64,000 nucleotides of DNA. It comes from Patescibacteria group bacterium (GTDB taxonomy: Bacteria; Patescibacteriota; Minisyncoccia; Phycocordibacterales; UBA9973). A program made the position numbers and the translations under genes. Positions within the stretch are counted from its first letter, which is position 1, and each line of letters starts with the position of its first letter. The stretch is taken from contig JBBTUE010000004.1 of NCBI GenBank assembly GCA_038063915.1, positions 102,719 to 166,718 of the forward strand, given 5' to 3'. Positions 19,964 to 29,391 of this stretch are shown here, in pieces. Below the pieces are notes generated by a model. It ran no database searches. It was not told the DNA's origin and saw only the letters and a list, made by a program, of their open reading frames with translations.

Positions 19964-20033
19964 ATCTTGCTTGTCCCGGCACTGAATCCGGTACACAATA
20001 CTCTGACCTATGTCGGAGGGTCCATAGCAAGAT
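19964..20033 (+). ncRNA. Putative structured 5' leader of rpsF (candidate ribosomal-protein autoregulatory RNA)
   Basis: Closing helix ATCTTGCT/AGCAAGAT enclosing two hairpins; starts just after a TGcTAATAT -10 box. Confidence 0.55.
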
Positions 20034-20056
20034 AATTAATAACAATAGTAATAAAA

Positions 20057-20557
20057 ATGGCAAAAGAAAAAGAAGTTGTCGAAGTGAGTGAGGATCTTAA
20101 TGAGGCAAAAGGCAGTGTCTATGAAGTTGGTTATATTATGGTGCCAACAATAGCTGAGGAGAATCTTGGGGGTGAAGTCACAGCATTTAAGGATATGCTG
20201 ACCGAGCATGGTGCAACATTTATCTCTGACGAGCATCCAAAGATGATGGAGCTCTCATACGAGATGTCCCGCTCAATAGCAAACAAGAGACAGAAATTCT
20301 CTTATGGATATTTTGGGTGGGTTAAATTTGAATGCACACCAGTGCAGGCAAAAGTTGTAAAAGATATATTAGATAAGAATGAGAAGTTGGTAAGATACCT
20401 TCTTATTAAAACGGTTCGAGAGAATACTATGTCCCCAAAGCGTCCTTATGGTAAGACTGAAGGTGGCATGAGAAGAAAATTTACTCCAAAAGAGGAAGTA
20501 TCAGGCCCAATCAATGAGGAAACCATAGACAAGGAAATAGATGCGCTTGTAGTATAA
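20057..20557 (+). CDS. rpsF: 30S ribosomal protein S6
   Basis: YEVGYI, LSYEM, GYFGW, VRYLLIK; rpsF-ssb-rpsR synteny. Confidence 0.92.
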   Translation: MAKEKEVVEVSEDLNEAKGSVYEVGYIMVPTIAEENLGGEVTAFKDMLTEHGATFISDEHPKMMELSYEMSRSIANKRQKFSYGYFGWVKFECTPVQAKVVKDILDKNEKLVRYLLIKTVRENTMSPKRPYGKTEGGMRRKFTPKEEVSGPINEETIDKEIDALVV

Positions 20558-20592
20558 TATAGATATTAATAGTTTAACTATTCATCAAACAT

Positions 20593-21051
20593 ATGTACTT
20601 AAATAAAGCATTACTCATAGGAAACTTAACTCGAGACCCTGAACTCAAAGCGATTCCATCTGGAATCAAAGTTTGTAGTTTCTCTATCGCAACAAATCGG
20701 GTTTGGAAAGATAAAAATGGCGCCAAGCAAGAGGCAGCAGACTATCACAATGTCGTAGTATTTGGTCGCCAAGCTGAGACCGTTGCCCAGTATATGAAGA
20801 AGGGCTCACAGGTCATGGTAGAAGGCCGTATGCAGACGAGGAGCTGGGATGACGCTGCGACTGGTACTAAAAAATATCGCACAGAAGTCATAGCTGATCG
20901 TGTCCAATTTGGTTCAAGTGGGACTGGTAAGACATCAGGTGGGTCAGGTGAATCATCTTCTAAAGCATCGGCTCCAAAAGAGGATGATGGAGAGTTAGAT
21001 ACCATCGAGTATCCTGAAGAGCAGATCAATGCAGAAGATATACCATTTTAA
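20593..21051 (+). CDS. ssb: Single-stranded DNA-binding protein
   Basis: NKALLIGNLTRDPE, VEGR..TRSW, C-terminal DIPF. Confidence 0.97.
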   Translation: MYLNKALLIGNLTRDPELKAIPSGIKVCSFSIATNRVWKDKNGAKQEAADYHNVVVFGRQAETVAQYMKKGSQVMVEGRMQTRSWDDAATGTKKYRTEVIADRVQFGSSGTGKTSGGSGESSSKASAPKEDDGELDTIEYPEEQINAEDIPF

Positions 21052-21070
21052 CAAATTATAAAAGAAAATT

Positions 21071-21271
21071 ATGAAACAAGATTATTTCTCATCAAACAAT
21101 ATAAAACATATAGATTACAAGGACGTAGAACTATTAAAAAGGTTCTTAGCTCCTTCTGCTCGTATGATGGCTCGCCGTCGTACAGATGTGACTGCCAAAA
21201 ATCAACGCAAGCTCTCGATCGCTATCAAGCGGGCCAGATTTATGGGGCTACTTCCTTATATCGCAAAATAA
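21071..21271 (+). CDS. rpsR: 30S ribosomal protein S18
   Basis: IDYKDVELLKRF, QRKL..AIKRAR..GLLPY. Confidence 0.95.
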   Translation: MKQDYFSSNNIKHIDYKDVELLKRFLAPSARMMARRRTDVTAKNQRKLSIAIKRARFMGLLPYIAK

Positions 21272-21280
21272 ATATACATC

Positions 21281-21309
21281 AAAAAACTACCTATCCCAGG
21301 TAGTTTTTT
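21281..21309 (+). terminator. Intrinsic terminator
   Basis: AAAAAACTACCT-atccc-AGGTAGTTTTTT. Confidence 0.8.
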
Positions 21310-21374
21310 GGTTGACAGAAAGCCCAAAAGTGCTAGCATATATGTATATAAACTAAGCTAATAAACCATTAAAT

Positions 21375-22787
21375 ATGAAAAAAATTATAGTTTTAAGTGT
21401 TTTTGTACTAGGCCTTTTATTCACTATTCAAAACGTAGCCCAAGCAATGACTACATACAAAGAGGGTTGTACTGCTACAACTGCCTTTAGTGGAGTAACT
21501 GGGGAAAAGTGCGCAACCGGAAATGTATTAGGTGGGTCAACTGCTGGCAGTGACCAGGTACCTCTACCTCCTGTGTATAACAATGATCCTTATCCTCTAC
21601 CACCTGTGCCTTATTCAGACTGTAGTAAAGCAAGCGCGCCCTCAATAACAGTTCTTTCGCCTAATGGGGGAGAGGTCTACCAAGCAGGACAGCAAATCAA
21701 AGTACAATGGAGTACTTGTAATGTATATGTTAATGAAAATATCACACTTGGAATTAATAGTTTTGAACCAAATAATACGGGAGGGTATTCAATAGTAAAT
21801 ACTATTAATGATGGAAGTGAGATTATCACTCTTCCTAGTGCCTCTCAGTTTGGACAGAATCCTGGTCAGTATCACTATGGAAATTATTTCAAAATATATG
21901 CAGCATACCTACATAATAACCAAACTCAATATATAGATTATTCTGATAATTTATTCACTATCAACGGTCCTAAAATTAGTGTTTGCGCTAACGAAGTTCC
22001 TTCAATCACAGTTCTCTCACCTAATGGAGGAGAAATATACCAAGCAGGAGAACCAATTCCTCTTAAATGGAAGACTTGTAACATTGGAAGTGACAAAAAA
22101 ATAAGAATTCAAATGAATCTTTATAAGAGTACCGTCTCTAATTACACCGTTCCTATGATAGGACAGACTCCATTTGAAGGTACTTATATTAATAATTGGA
22201 CACCAAATGATGGTGAAGAGATTACCCGCTTAGATATAGATAATTTTTCTGCACATGAACCTTTCAGATATGGTATTGATTTCAAAGTTTATATCCAAGC
22301 TCAAGATATGAATAATAATGCTGTCTTGATTGCTGATGATTATTCAGATAATTTTTTTACAATTAGAGCAAAAGTCTCAGGAGGTTGTACATCGGTTTCA
22401 AGCGTTAATTGTGGCAATGATATTATTCCTATGCCACCTGTGCCTTATCCAGATTGTAAAGGTGTGAGTTCAACCGATGATACTAAGCCATGTGGTCCTA
22501 CAATAAGCCCTGTCGATTATAGTTGTCTATTTAGCAAGTACAGTACTAGTATCGGAGAACCTTGTTCTAAATTACCACCAGTTCCTGCAAAGAAAATTAG
22601 AGTACTAAGACCTGGATTAAGAGGTGACGACGTCAAAGCCCTTCAAGAATGGCTCAATATCAAAGCTGATGGCGTATACGGCCGTGGTACTGCAAAGAAA
22701 GTTAAAGAATGGCAATTATTGCATGACCTTAAGCCTGACGGAGCATTCGGTTCTGCTAGTCGAGGGAAAATCGATTCTAGCAACTAG
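21375..22787 (+). CDS. Secreted surface protein: two ITVLSPNGGE Ig-like repeats and a C-terminal peptidoglycan-binding domain
   Basis: Signal peptide; duplicated ITVLSPNGGE..YSDNxFTI domain; GxDVKALQ..ADGVYG..T..VK.WQ..DG.FG. Confidence 0.8.
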   Translation: MKKIIVLSVFVLGLLFTIQNVAQAMTTYKEGCTATTAFSGVTGEKCATGNVLGGSTAGSDQVPLPPVYNNDPYPLPPVPYSDCSKASAPSITVLSPNGGEVYQAGQQIKVQWSTCNVYVNENITLGINSFEPNNTGGYSIVNTINDGSEIITLPSASQFGQNPGQYHYGNYFKIYAAYLHNNQTQYIDYSDNLFTINGPKISVCANEVPSITVLSPNGGEIYQAGEPIPLKWKTCNIGSDKKIRIQMNLYKSTVSNYTVPMIGQTPFEGTYINNWTPNDGEEITRLDIDNFSAHEPFRYGIDFKVYIQAQDMNNNAVLIADDYSDNFFTIRAKVSGGCTSVSSVNCGNDIIPMPPVPYPDCKGVSSTDDTKPCGPTISPVDYSCLFSKYSTSIGEPCSKLPPVPAKKIRVLRPGLRGDDVKALQEWLNIKADGVYGRGTAKKVKEWQLLHDLKPDGAFGSASRGKIDSSN

Positions 22788-22831
22788 CTCAAATAAAAAT
22801 CCTCTCAGTTGAGAGGATTTTTATTTGAGCT
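22786..22831. terminator. Bidirectional terminator, perfect 21-bp inverted repeat
   Basis: AGCTCAAATAAAAATCCTCTC-agtt-GAGAGGATTTTTATTTGAGCT between convergent genes. Confidence 0.8.
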
Positions 22832-23555
22832 GTAGTGATTTTAGTAATATATCCAATTCTTCGCCTTTGATTTCTTCAAATCCACCCAGTGGAATTTTAC
22901 AAAGCTCTATATTCATAATACGGATGCGTTTGAGATCCATTACATTGTGATGTAGAGCTTCACACATACGGCGGATTTGGCGTTTCTTACCCTCGGTAAG
23001 AATTATATGAAAGGTGTCTTTGCTCTTACGCCCGCCTGCGCTGGCAGGCCAGACTTTGCATTTCTGACTTATGAATCCATCAAATTTGACTCCATTTCCC
23101 AAGAGCTCTACAAATTTATCAGAAAATGCGGGTTCAACTTTTACTACGTACTCTTTCTCATGGATATATTTTGGCGAGAGCAATCTATCTGTCACCCGAC
23201 CATCATTTGTCATAATTATTAGCCCGTGTGAATCTTTATCAAGTCGGCCGATAGGGAAGACCCGAACTGGGAATCTAGTTGCTTGTAAAATATCCTTACT
23301 TCCTTTGTCTGGATTTGTGGATATGCCAATTGCTTTATTATAAGCATAATATACGTAATTATCTTTCGGTGCTTTTTTACTCACCTCTACCGCGTCACCT
23401 TCTTTTACTTGGTCGCCCAGAATAGCTTTCTTTCCATTAATAGTCACGAATCCTTTTTTGATAAGTAGATCTGCGCCTGTGCGAGTAGCAAAGGCATGAA
23501 GCGCAAGATATCTATTGATTCGGATTGGGTATGCTATATTTTTCGTTGTTTTCAT
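22821..23555 (-). CDS. RsuA/RluB/RluF-family pseudouridine synthase
   Basis: S4 domain, GRLDKDSHG (catalytic Asp), EKEY, EGKKRQIRRM. Confidence 0.93.
   Translation of the reverse strand: MKTTKNIAYPIRINRYLALHAFATRTGADLLIKKGFVTINGKKAILGDQVKEGDAVEVSKKAPKDNYVYYAYNKAIGISTNPDKGSKDILQATRFPVRVFPIGRLDKDSHGLIIMTNDGRVTDRLLSPKYIHEKEYVVKVEPAFSDKFVELLGNGVKFDGFISQKCKVWPASAGGRKSKDTFHIILTEGKKRQIRRMCEALHHNVMDLKRIRIMNIELCKIPLGGFEEIKGEELDILLKSLQLK
23031..23048. repeat. 18-nt GC-rich palindromic element inserted in frame (PASAGG)
   Basis: CCCGCCTGCGCTGGCAGG; same ends as the element at 60368-60406. Confidence 0.7.
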
Positions 23556-24708
23556 GATTATGTTTTAAATATGGAATATAGTACAGTCCACAAAGTACGA
23601 TAATACCAAGGATGATGAATAAATATTTAAATGGCAAAAATACAAAAATCAAAGTTGCAAATAACGGCGCAATTATATACGCTACCGGAGCCATATCTCT
23701 AAATACGCCAAGTAAATATGCTTCCTCTTCTTTTATGTGTGTGAAGAAATATATTTCTGATGCTGTCTCAACTATACTTGCGCCAGTACGGGTCAGAAAT
23801 AGTACGAGTGCCCATAGTGCCACACTCTTAATACTTATAAATGGTATTGCAAGTGTAGAGATTGCCATGATGAGAAACCCTATTATTAAGAGTGTTCGTT
23901 TTTTTACATGATATTTATCTACTAATATCCCGACAGGTAACCCAAATATTACAAAAGGAGCAAGCATTATTGTAAATATTACCCCAATCTGATCCCACCC
24001 AAATCCTATATGCTCCATGAGGTATATTGGTGTATAAACTACCATCCAAGCAAAGAAGAACTGCAGGATAAAGTTTATTATAGTAATTGAGAGCATGTGT
24101 TTATTTGTTTTCAGGTATCTATATGTCTTCAAGAACGGCGCTCTTTCATACTTTTTATCATTAAAATCTTTGACAGAGAAGAATAACCCCAAAGTCATTA
24201 GAATAACAGTAGCAAGAGCTACTATATAGACAGAAATATACCCTCCTTCTTGTGTAATAAGTAGAGCCGTGATGAGAGGTGAGAGCATCCAAGCTATATT
24301 GGTGATAGTCAGGTATAGTCCTCGATTCCTACCGATGGTTTCAGGGTTACCAAAGTGTTCGATGAAGATATCTAAGCATAGCGCGATAAGGGTGTTGGTA
24401 GTTAGTATAGATATGAAAGATAGAGCTATCAGACTTGAGTTGCCAGAAGATATAAGACATGCAAGTGATAGCATGTTAATAAAAAGCAACCATAATACTA
24501 GCTTGCGATTACCGAAGTATTTCAGTAAATTTGGGCTCCTTGAGAGCAGAATTATTGTAATAATAGCTCCGACGGTATAGAGGAGACCTACATATTTTTC
24601 CGAGATGATTTTAGTTAAAAATGTTGAGTTAACATAGGCCGATAGGGAAATATGAAGTGTAAATAGGAATGACAGTATATACATTCGGTGAATTTTTGTA
24701 AGTTTCAT
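23512..24708 (-). CDS. MFS transporter
   Basis: About 12 hydrophobic helices; GILVDKY motif-A-like loop. Confidence 0.85.
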   Translation of the reverse strand: MKLTKIHRMYILSFLFTLHISLSAYVNSTFLTKIISEKYVGLLYTVGAIITIILLSRSPNLLKYFGNRKLVLWLLFINMLSLACLISSGNSSLIALSFISILTTNTLIALCLDIFIEHFGNPETIGRNRGLYLTITNIAWMLSPLITALLITQEGGYISVYIVALATVILMTLGLFFSVKDFNDKKYERAPFLKTYRYLKTNKHMLSITIINFILQFFFAWMVVYTPIYLMEHIGFGWDQIGVIFTIMLAPFVIFGLPVGILVDKYHVKKRTLLIIGFLIMAISTLAIPFISIKSVALWALVLFLTRTGASIVETASEIYFFTHIKEEEAYLLGVFRDMAPVAYIIAPLFATLIFVFLPFKYLFIILGIIVLCGLYYIPYLKHNHENNEKYSIPNPNQ

Positions 24709-24714
24709 ATATTT

Positions 24715-26685
24715 CTAGACGCTTAATAGCACAGGTATGACCAATGGACGCTTTGCAGTTTTCTGATACAGGAATTTTGATATATTATCTCCTAAATTTG
24801 TTTTTATCATATCAAAATTTATAGGATTCATTCCACGGGCACCGTCTTCGATGGTCTTTTTAATTATTAATCTGACTTGATGAAGTAGTTCCTGATTTTC
24901 TTTTAGATAAATAAATCCACGAGAAATAATATCTGGGGATTTACGCAATTTGCCAGTCTCTGAGTCAATTGTAGCAATAAGAACAAACATACCGTCTTGA
25001 GCAAGCATCTGGCGGTCACGAATTACGACTTCTTGTTCATCGCCAACTGAGAATCCATCTACCATCATAGGCCCAGACGGTGCCTTTTCCTTGCGTACAT
25101 TAATTTTTGTACCTTCGTTTGTAATCTCAATTATAGAGCCATTATCTGGGACTACAATATTTTCCTCAGACATACCGATCGACATAGCGACCTCTTTGTG
25201 TTTGACAAGCATTGAGTGCCAACCATGAATTGGTATAAAGAATTTTGGATGAGTCTTCCTATGGAGCCATTTAATATCTTCTTGGTTGCCGTGCCCTGTG
25301 GCATGAATAGTCTCCTCAGAGGTACGGTAGCTTATTATTTTTACCCCATGTCGAGCGAGGTTATCTTTTAAGTGTTGAACTGATATCTCATTTCCAGGAA
25401 CAATCGAAGCTGAGAGTATGATAGTATCTCCCTTTCTAATTGTGAATTTTTTATGGGTTTTATTAGCTGCACGATTGAGCGACGCAAATTCTTCACCTTG
25501 AGCTCCAGTCATTAGAACTATAACTTTGTTCGGGGGATAACTGTCCACATCTTCAACTGGGATAATCGTGCCTTTTTTAGGTTTGAATAATCCGGCTTGT
25601 TCGCAGACTTCCATATTTGTTTTCAAGGACCTTCCATCTAGTACCACTTTCTTGCCTAGTGACTCAGCAATTTCTACTACTTTTACTAAACGAGTAATAT
25701 GAGAAGCAAAAGCAGCAATAATGATACGCCCAGTACCTTGCTTGATGAGTTTATCAAGACCTTCATGCACACGTACTTCTGGAAGTGAGAACCCTTCATT
25801 TTCGATATTTGTTGAGTCAGTCAAAAGGAGCAATACTTTTTCTTTATCAAAAAAAGCATACTCTTTTTCTTCTTCGTCAGAGACTTTACCGTCTATCTGA
25901 TCGAGCTTATAGTCTCCAGCTGTAACTATTGATCCAAATGGAGTCTCAATAATAATCCCCATAGAGTCAGGCACTGTATGTGTGACTCCAAAGAAGCGAA
26001 TTTTCATCTCGCCTGCATGTATGACAGAGTTTTTTTCAACTATTTGAGTATTTAATGCTGGTAGGTGAGGGAATTCTTCTTGGCGCTTCTTCATTAAAAG
26101 GATAGATAGATTCCTAGAGTAGAGTGGTGGATTGCCTATACGACTCATAACAAGTGGTATACCACCAATGTGATCTAGGTGGCCGTGGGTGACAAACATT
26201 CCGCGAATTTTTTCCTTCCTTTCTTCCAAGTAAGTAGTATTGGGTATTATATAGTCTATACCAGGTGTATCTTCTGTTTTAAACTGCATACCAGCATCTA
26301 TGACAATTATGTCGTTACCTATTTCGATAGCTGTCATATTTTTTCCTATCTCTTCAACACCTCCAAGTGGAATAACACGGATTACACCACTCTCTGGTGG
26401 GGGGATAAGATGAGTCTTTCTCTTAGATATTGTAGGCGTAGTGTTTGGCGCCTGTGCTTGGGCGCGAGGCCTTCTTCCACCCTTATTATTACCATATTGG
26501 TAACTACCTTTACTGCCTCTATTTCCACTCTGACTAGTTTTATGGTAGAAACTTTTACTAGCCTGTTTATTATTATCAGTACTCTCTGTGTTCGTTTGTG
26601 GCTTGTGCAGGGTACGAGCGTAATTTACTTTATTGTTGTGAAAGTTATTACTCTTCGGTTTTCTATTCGGCTGTGATTGATCCAT
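24715..26685 (-). CDS. rnj: Ribonuclease J
   Basis: PLGGVEEIGKNM, THGHLDHIG, DSTN, HATGH, PIHG; low-complexity N-terminal extension. Confidence 0.95.
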   Translation of the reverse strand: MDQSQPNRKPKSNNFHNNKVNYARTLHKPQTNTESTDNNKQASKSFYHKTSQSGNRGSKGSYQYGNNKGGRRPRAQAQAPNTTPTISKRKTHLIPPPESGVIRVIPLGGVEEIGKNMTAIEIGNDIIVIDAGMQFKTEDTPGIDYIIPNTTYLEERKEKIRGMFVTHGHLDHIGGIPLVMSRIGNPPLYSRNLSILLMKKRQEEFPHLPALNTQIVEKNSVIHAGEMKIRFFGVTHTVPDSMGIIIETPFGSIVTAGDYKLDQIDGKVSDEEEKEYAFFDKEKVLLLLTDSTNIENEGFSLPEVRVHEGLDKLIKQGTGRIIIAAFASHITRLVKVVEIAESLGKKVVLDGRSLKTNMEVCEQAGLFKPKKGTIIPVEDVDSYPPNKVIVLMTGAQGEEFASLNRAANKTHKKFTIRKGDTIILSASIVPGNEISVQHLKDNLARHGVKIISYRTSEETIHATGHGNQEDIKWLHRKTHPKFFIPIHGWHSMLVKHKEVAMSIGMSEENIVVPDNGSIIEITNEGTKINVRKEKAPSGPMMVDGFSVGDEQEVVIRDRQMLAQDGMFVLIATIDSETGKLRKSPDIISRGFIYLKENQELLHQVRLIIKKTIEDGARGMNPINFDMIKTNLGDNISKFLYQKTAKRPLVIPVLLSV

Positions 26686-26698
26686 ATATTATTATTCT

Positions 26699-28507
26699 TT
26701 ATTTAGTAAAAATCTTCCATACATTTTCAGTATCAGCGTACCAACTGAAGATCTGGGTAAAACGATCCGACGGTATTGTTAATGTGCTTAGATTTAGATT
26801 TCCAAGCTTAGGAGACGTAGCATATAAATATTTAGGTGAATAAACTAAAAGCGCTGGCACGTCCTTATTAAATTCTTTTATGAAATCTTCATATTTGCCT
26901 CCTCTATCTTTTTGGGTAGTTATCTTCTGTGCTGATTCAAGTATACTATCTACATCTTTGTTGCTGTACATAGCAATATTGAGTCCAGGATCTGCTTTTT
27001 GGCTAGAATGCCAGAATGAAAATAAGTCAGATTCATGATTAACTATTTGTCCAAAAAATAAAACTTCATAATCACGAGCCCTTATTAATTGATTAAGTGG
27101 ACCAGTTTCATAAATTTTTATATCAATTTGTGCACCTAATTTTTCTAGTTGCTCTTTGATTAGTAGAGATACACTTTTCAACTCTGGAGTATTACCTGTA
27201 GTAATTGAAAAAGAAAGCCTAATAACAGGTCCGTTATTTACAGTTACTTTTTCAGTAACCGTCTTCTTGCCTACTTTCTTTGTTTTCGATACAGTTGTGA
27301 TTCCACCCTTAGAGCGTATCCCGTCTATTCCTTGAATCCAACCAGCATTATCAAGTATCAGTCTAGCTTCATCCAAAGAAGAGTTTCTATATTTTTCTTT
27401 CGATGGGTCGTTTATAATAGTTTCTGGAATTGGTCCATGAGTTATATCTGCATACCCATACAAGACTTTGTCAATTATTTCTTGTCTATCTATAGCTTTG
27501 TCAAATGCGGTTACCACATTTTTATCTGCAAATATTTTATTGTTATTACTGTTCCAAAATACCCCAAATATACGAGGTAAAGTAGCAGTATTTATAGTAT
27601 ATTCAGCTTTCGTAATATCTCTTGCATTTTCAGGAGATATGCCAGAAGCTTGATCGATAGAGTGTGATAACAGGGCATCCACTAAATCTTTTTCATTTGA
27701 ATATGAAATTATGTTCATATACTTGATATGCGGTTCGCCAAGCACAAATCCTTTGAATCTTTTTAATTGATATTCATTTGGAACACCGTCACTGTCTTTT
27801 GATACAGAGTCTATTAGATAGGGGCCAGATCCTATAGCTTTGATATTTAAGCTAGATAGGCCAAACTCTGCCGGGGTGACATTTTTCCATATATGCATAG
27901 GTAAAATACCTATAGTAGTATTATCGATGAACGATATGTAAGGTTGCTTTAAAGTAAAGACAATAGTACTTTCATCTTTTTTACTAACGCTTACTCCATC
28001 CCAACCTATTTTTCTCGGACTCTTTATTAATGGATCCTTTATTTTTTCAATAGTGAATACTATATCGTCCGCTGTAACCTTAACTCCGTCTTGGAATTTT
28101 GCGTTTTTCTTGAGTATGAAAGTATAAGTCATACCATCCCCTGATACATCATACGATTCTGCTAGATCGTTTATAAAGTCACCGTTTGGCATTTTTCTCA
28201 TTAATCCACTATATACAAGAGTGGTTAAATCTTTATCTGCGTCAGATAGTGCAAGAGCAGGATTTACTAATGTCGGTGTACCAATAATGCCTTCGTTGAT
28301 AGTTCCTCCATCAGATGGTATGGGTACCATAAAAGAGATGTTTACTTTCTCTAATATCACTATCATTGCTACAACTGCGATAGACAAAGTTGCTACGAAA
28401 ATAATGAACTCCTTCTTCGAAAAAGATGCTCTAGCATCTAGGAGTTCTTTCTTTTTTGGAATTTTAAATTCTTTTATAAATGTGAGAAATTTCTGCATAC
28501 AATGCAT
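26699..28507 (-). CDS. Family-5 ABC substrate-binding protein (OppA/DppA-like), TM-anchored
   Basis: LVYSGL, DLAES, YTF.LK..FQDG..VTADD..FT, GSGPY, AIDRQ. Confidence 0.88.
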   Translation of the reverse strand: MHCMQKFLTFIKEFKIPKKKELLDARASFSKKEFIIFVATLSIAVVAMIVILEKVNISFMVPIPSDGGTINEGIIGTPTLVNPALALSDADKDLTTLVYSGLMRKMPNGDFINDLAESYDVSGDGMTYTFILKKNAKFQDGVKVTADDIVFTIEKIKDPLIKSPRKIGWDGVSVSKKDESTIVFTLKQPYISFIDNTTIGILPMHIWKNVTPAEFGLSSLNIKAIGSGPYLIDSVSKDSDGVPNEYQLKRFKGFVLGEPHIKYMNIISYSNEKDLVDALLSHSIDQASGISPENARDITKAEYTINTATLPRIFGVFWNSNNNKIFADKNVVTAFDKAIDRQEIIDKVLYGYADITHGPIPETIINDPSKEKYRNSSLDEARLILDNAGWIQGIDGIRSKGGITTVSKTKKVGKKTVTEKVTVNNGPVIRLSFSITTGNTPELKSVSLLIKEQLEKLGAQIDIKIYETGPLNQLIRARDYEVLFFGQIVNHESDLFSFWHSSQKADPGLNIAMYSNKDVDSILESAQKITTQKDRGGKYEDFIKEFNKDVPALLVYSPKYLYATSPKLGNLNLSTLTIPSDRFTQIFSWYADTENVWKIFTK

Positions 28508-28541
28508 TTCAAACGGATAGATACCAACTTAATGTTGAATT

Positions 28542-28784
28542 TTATTTAACGAGTATTGCAACAAACGCTGATGCAGCAAAAAGTATACCAACCACGATTG
28601 TAGTAATAAATAGGAACTTTTCAAATCCACGTCGGGTGTGATAGAGTCCACCACCGTCTCCACCTCCAAGTGCGCCACCAAGCCCTGCGCTAGATTGCTG
28701 AAGTAGGATTGCAACAACCAAAATGATAGACAGTATAATCTGTATATATGGTAATACATTAGCAATAATCGTCATAAAATCCAT
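28542..28784 (-). CDS. secG: Preprotein translocase subunit SecG
   Basis: ILLQQSSAGLGGALGG..TRRGFEK between two TM helices. Confidence 0.9.
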   Translation of the reverse strand: MDFMTIIANVLPYIQIILSIILVVAILLQQSSAGLGGALGGGDGGGLYHTRRGFEKFLFITTIVVGILFAASAFVAILVK

Positions 28785-28842
28785 GTTACTATATTTAGAC
28801 AAAGATTGCAAATATTATATGTACTTAATTAAACACAATTTG

Positions 28843-28924
28843 TGCCCAGGAGAGGACTTGAACCTCCAAGGATTTCTCCACTAGTTCCTAAGACTAGCGC
28901 GTATACCAATTCCGCCACCTGGGC
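28843..28924 (-). tRNA. tRNA-Leu (anticodon TAG)
   Basis: Cloverleaf GCCCAGG/CCTGGGC, CTAGT-CTTAGGA-ACTAG, long variable arm, GTTCAAGT; CCA not encoded. Confidence 0.95.
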
Positions 28925-28959
28925 ATATTTTATTTTCTAACATGGGCGGGACTTTCCGC

Positions 28960-29034
28960 TGGAGGCGTGGGCGGGAATTGAACCCGCGCATGTCGGTTTT
29001 GCAGACCGAAGCGTTACCACTTCGCCACCACGCC
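28960..29034 (-). tRNA. tRNA-Cys (anticodon GCA)
   Basis: GGCGTGG/CCACGCC, TCGGT-CTGCAAA-ACCGA, U73, encoded CCA. Confidence 0.96.
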
Positions 29035-29057
29035 CTATTTCATTATGCATTTATATC

Positions 29058-29390
29058 CTAGCTTTTCGCGAGCAATTCGTCAATTTTCTGACGATTCTTT
29101 TCTCCCTCGTCTATTTCCACATCGAGGAAGGGTATAGGGTTTATTCGAAGCCCTTTGGTGACATATTTACGTAAATCTCCCAAGTTACGTTTTATAAATC
29201 CATATGCGGCATTCTCTTTCTCGCGCGGGAGAACAGTCACCATGATTTTTGCTTTCTTGTTGTCCGGAGTTAGTATTACTCTAGTAACTGTAATCATAGA
29301 AGTCGGGCCTCCTTCACGTTCTATATAGGTCGCAGCGAGTTCACGGATATGATTGGCTATTTTTTCTCCACGAAATTCTTTGGTATTCAT
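29058..29390 (-). CDS. rbfA: Ribosome-binding factor A
   Basis: ITVTRV...PD.K.A, IP.L..EID; directly downstream of infB. Confidence 0.88.
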   Translation of the reverse strand: MNTKEFRGEKIANHIRELAATYIEREGGPTSMITVTRVILTPDNKKAKIMVTVLPREKENAAYGFIKRNLGDLRKYVTKGLRINPIPFLDVEIDEGEKNRQKIDELLAKS

Positions 29391-29391
29391 C

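Noticed and set aside
28945-28959. GCGGG-actt-TCCGC between the tRNAs as another palindromic element
   Set aside because: Too short and lacks the shared termini; more likely a tRNA spacer hairpin
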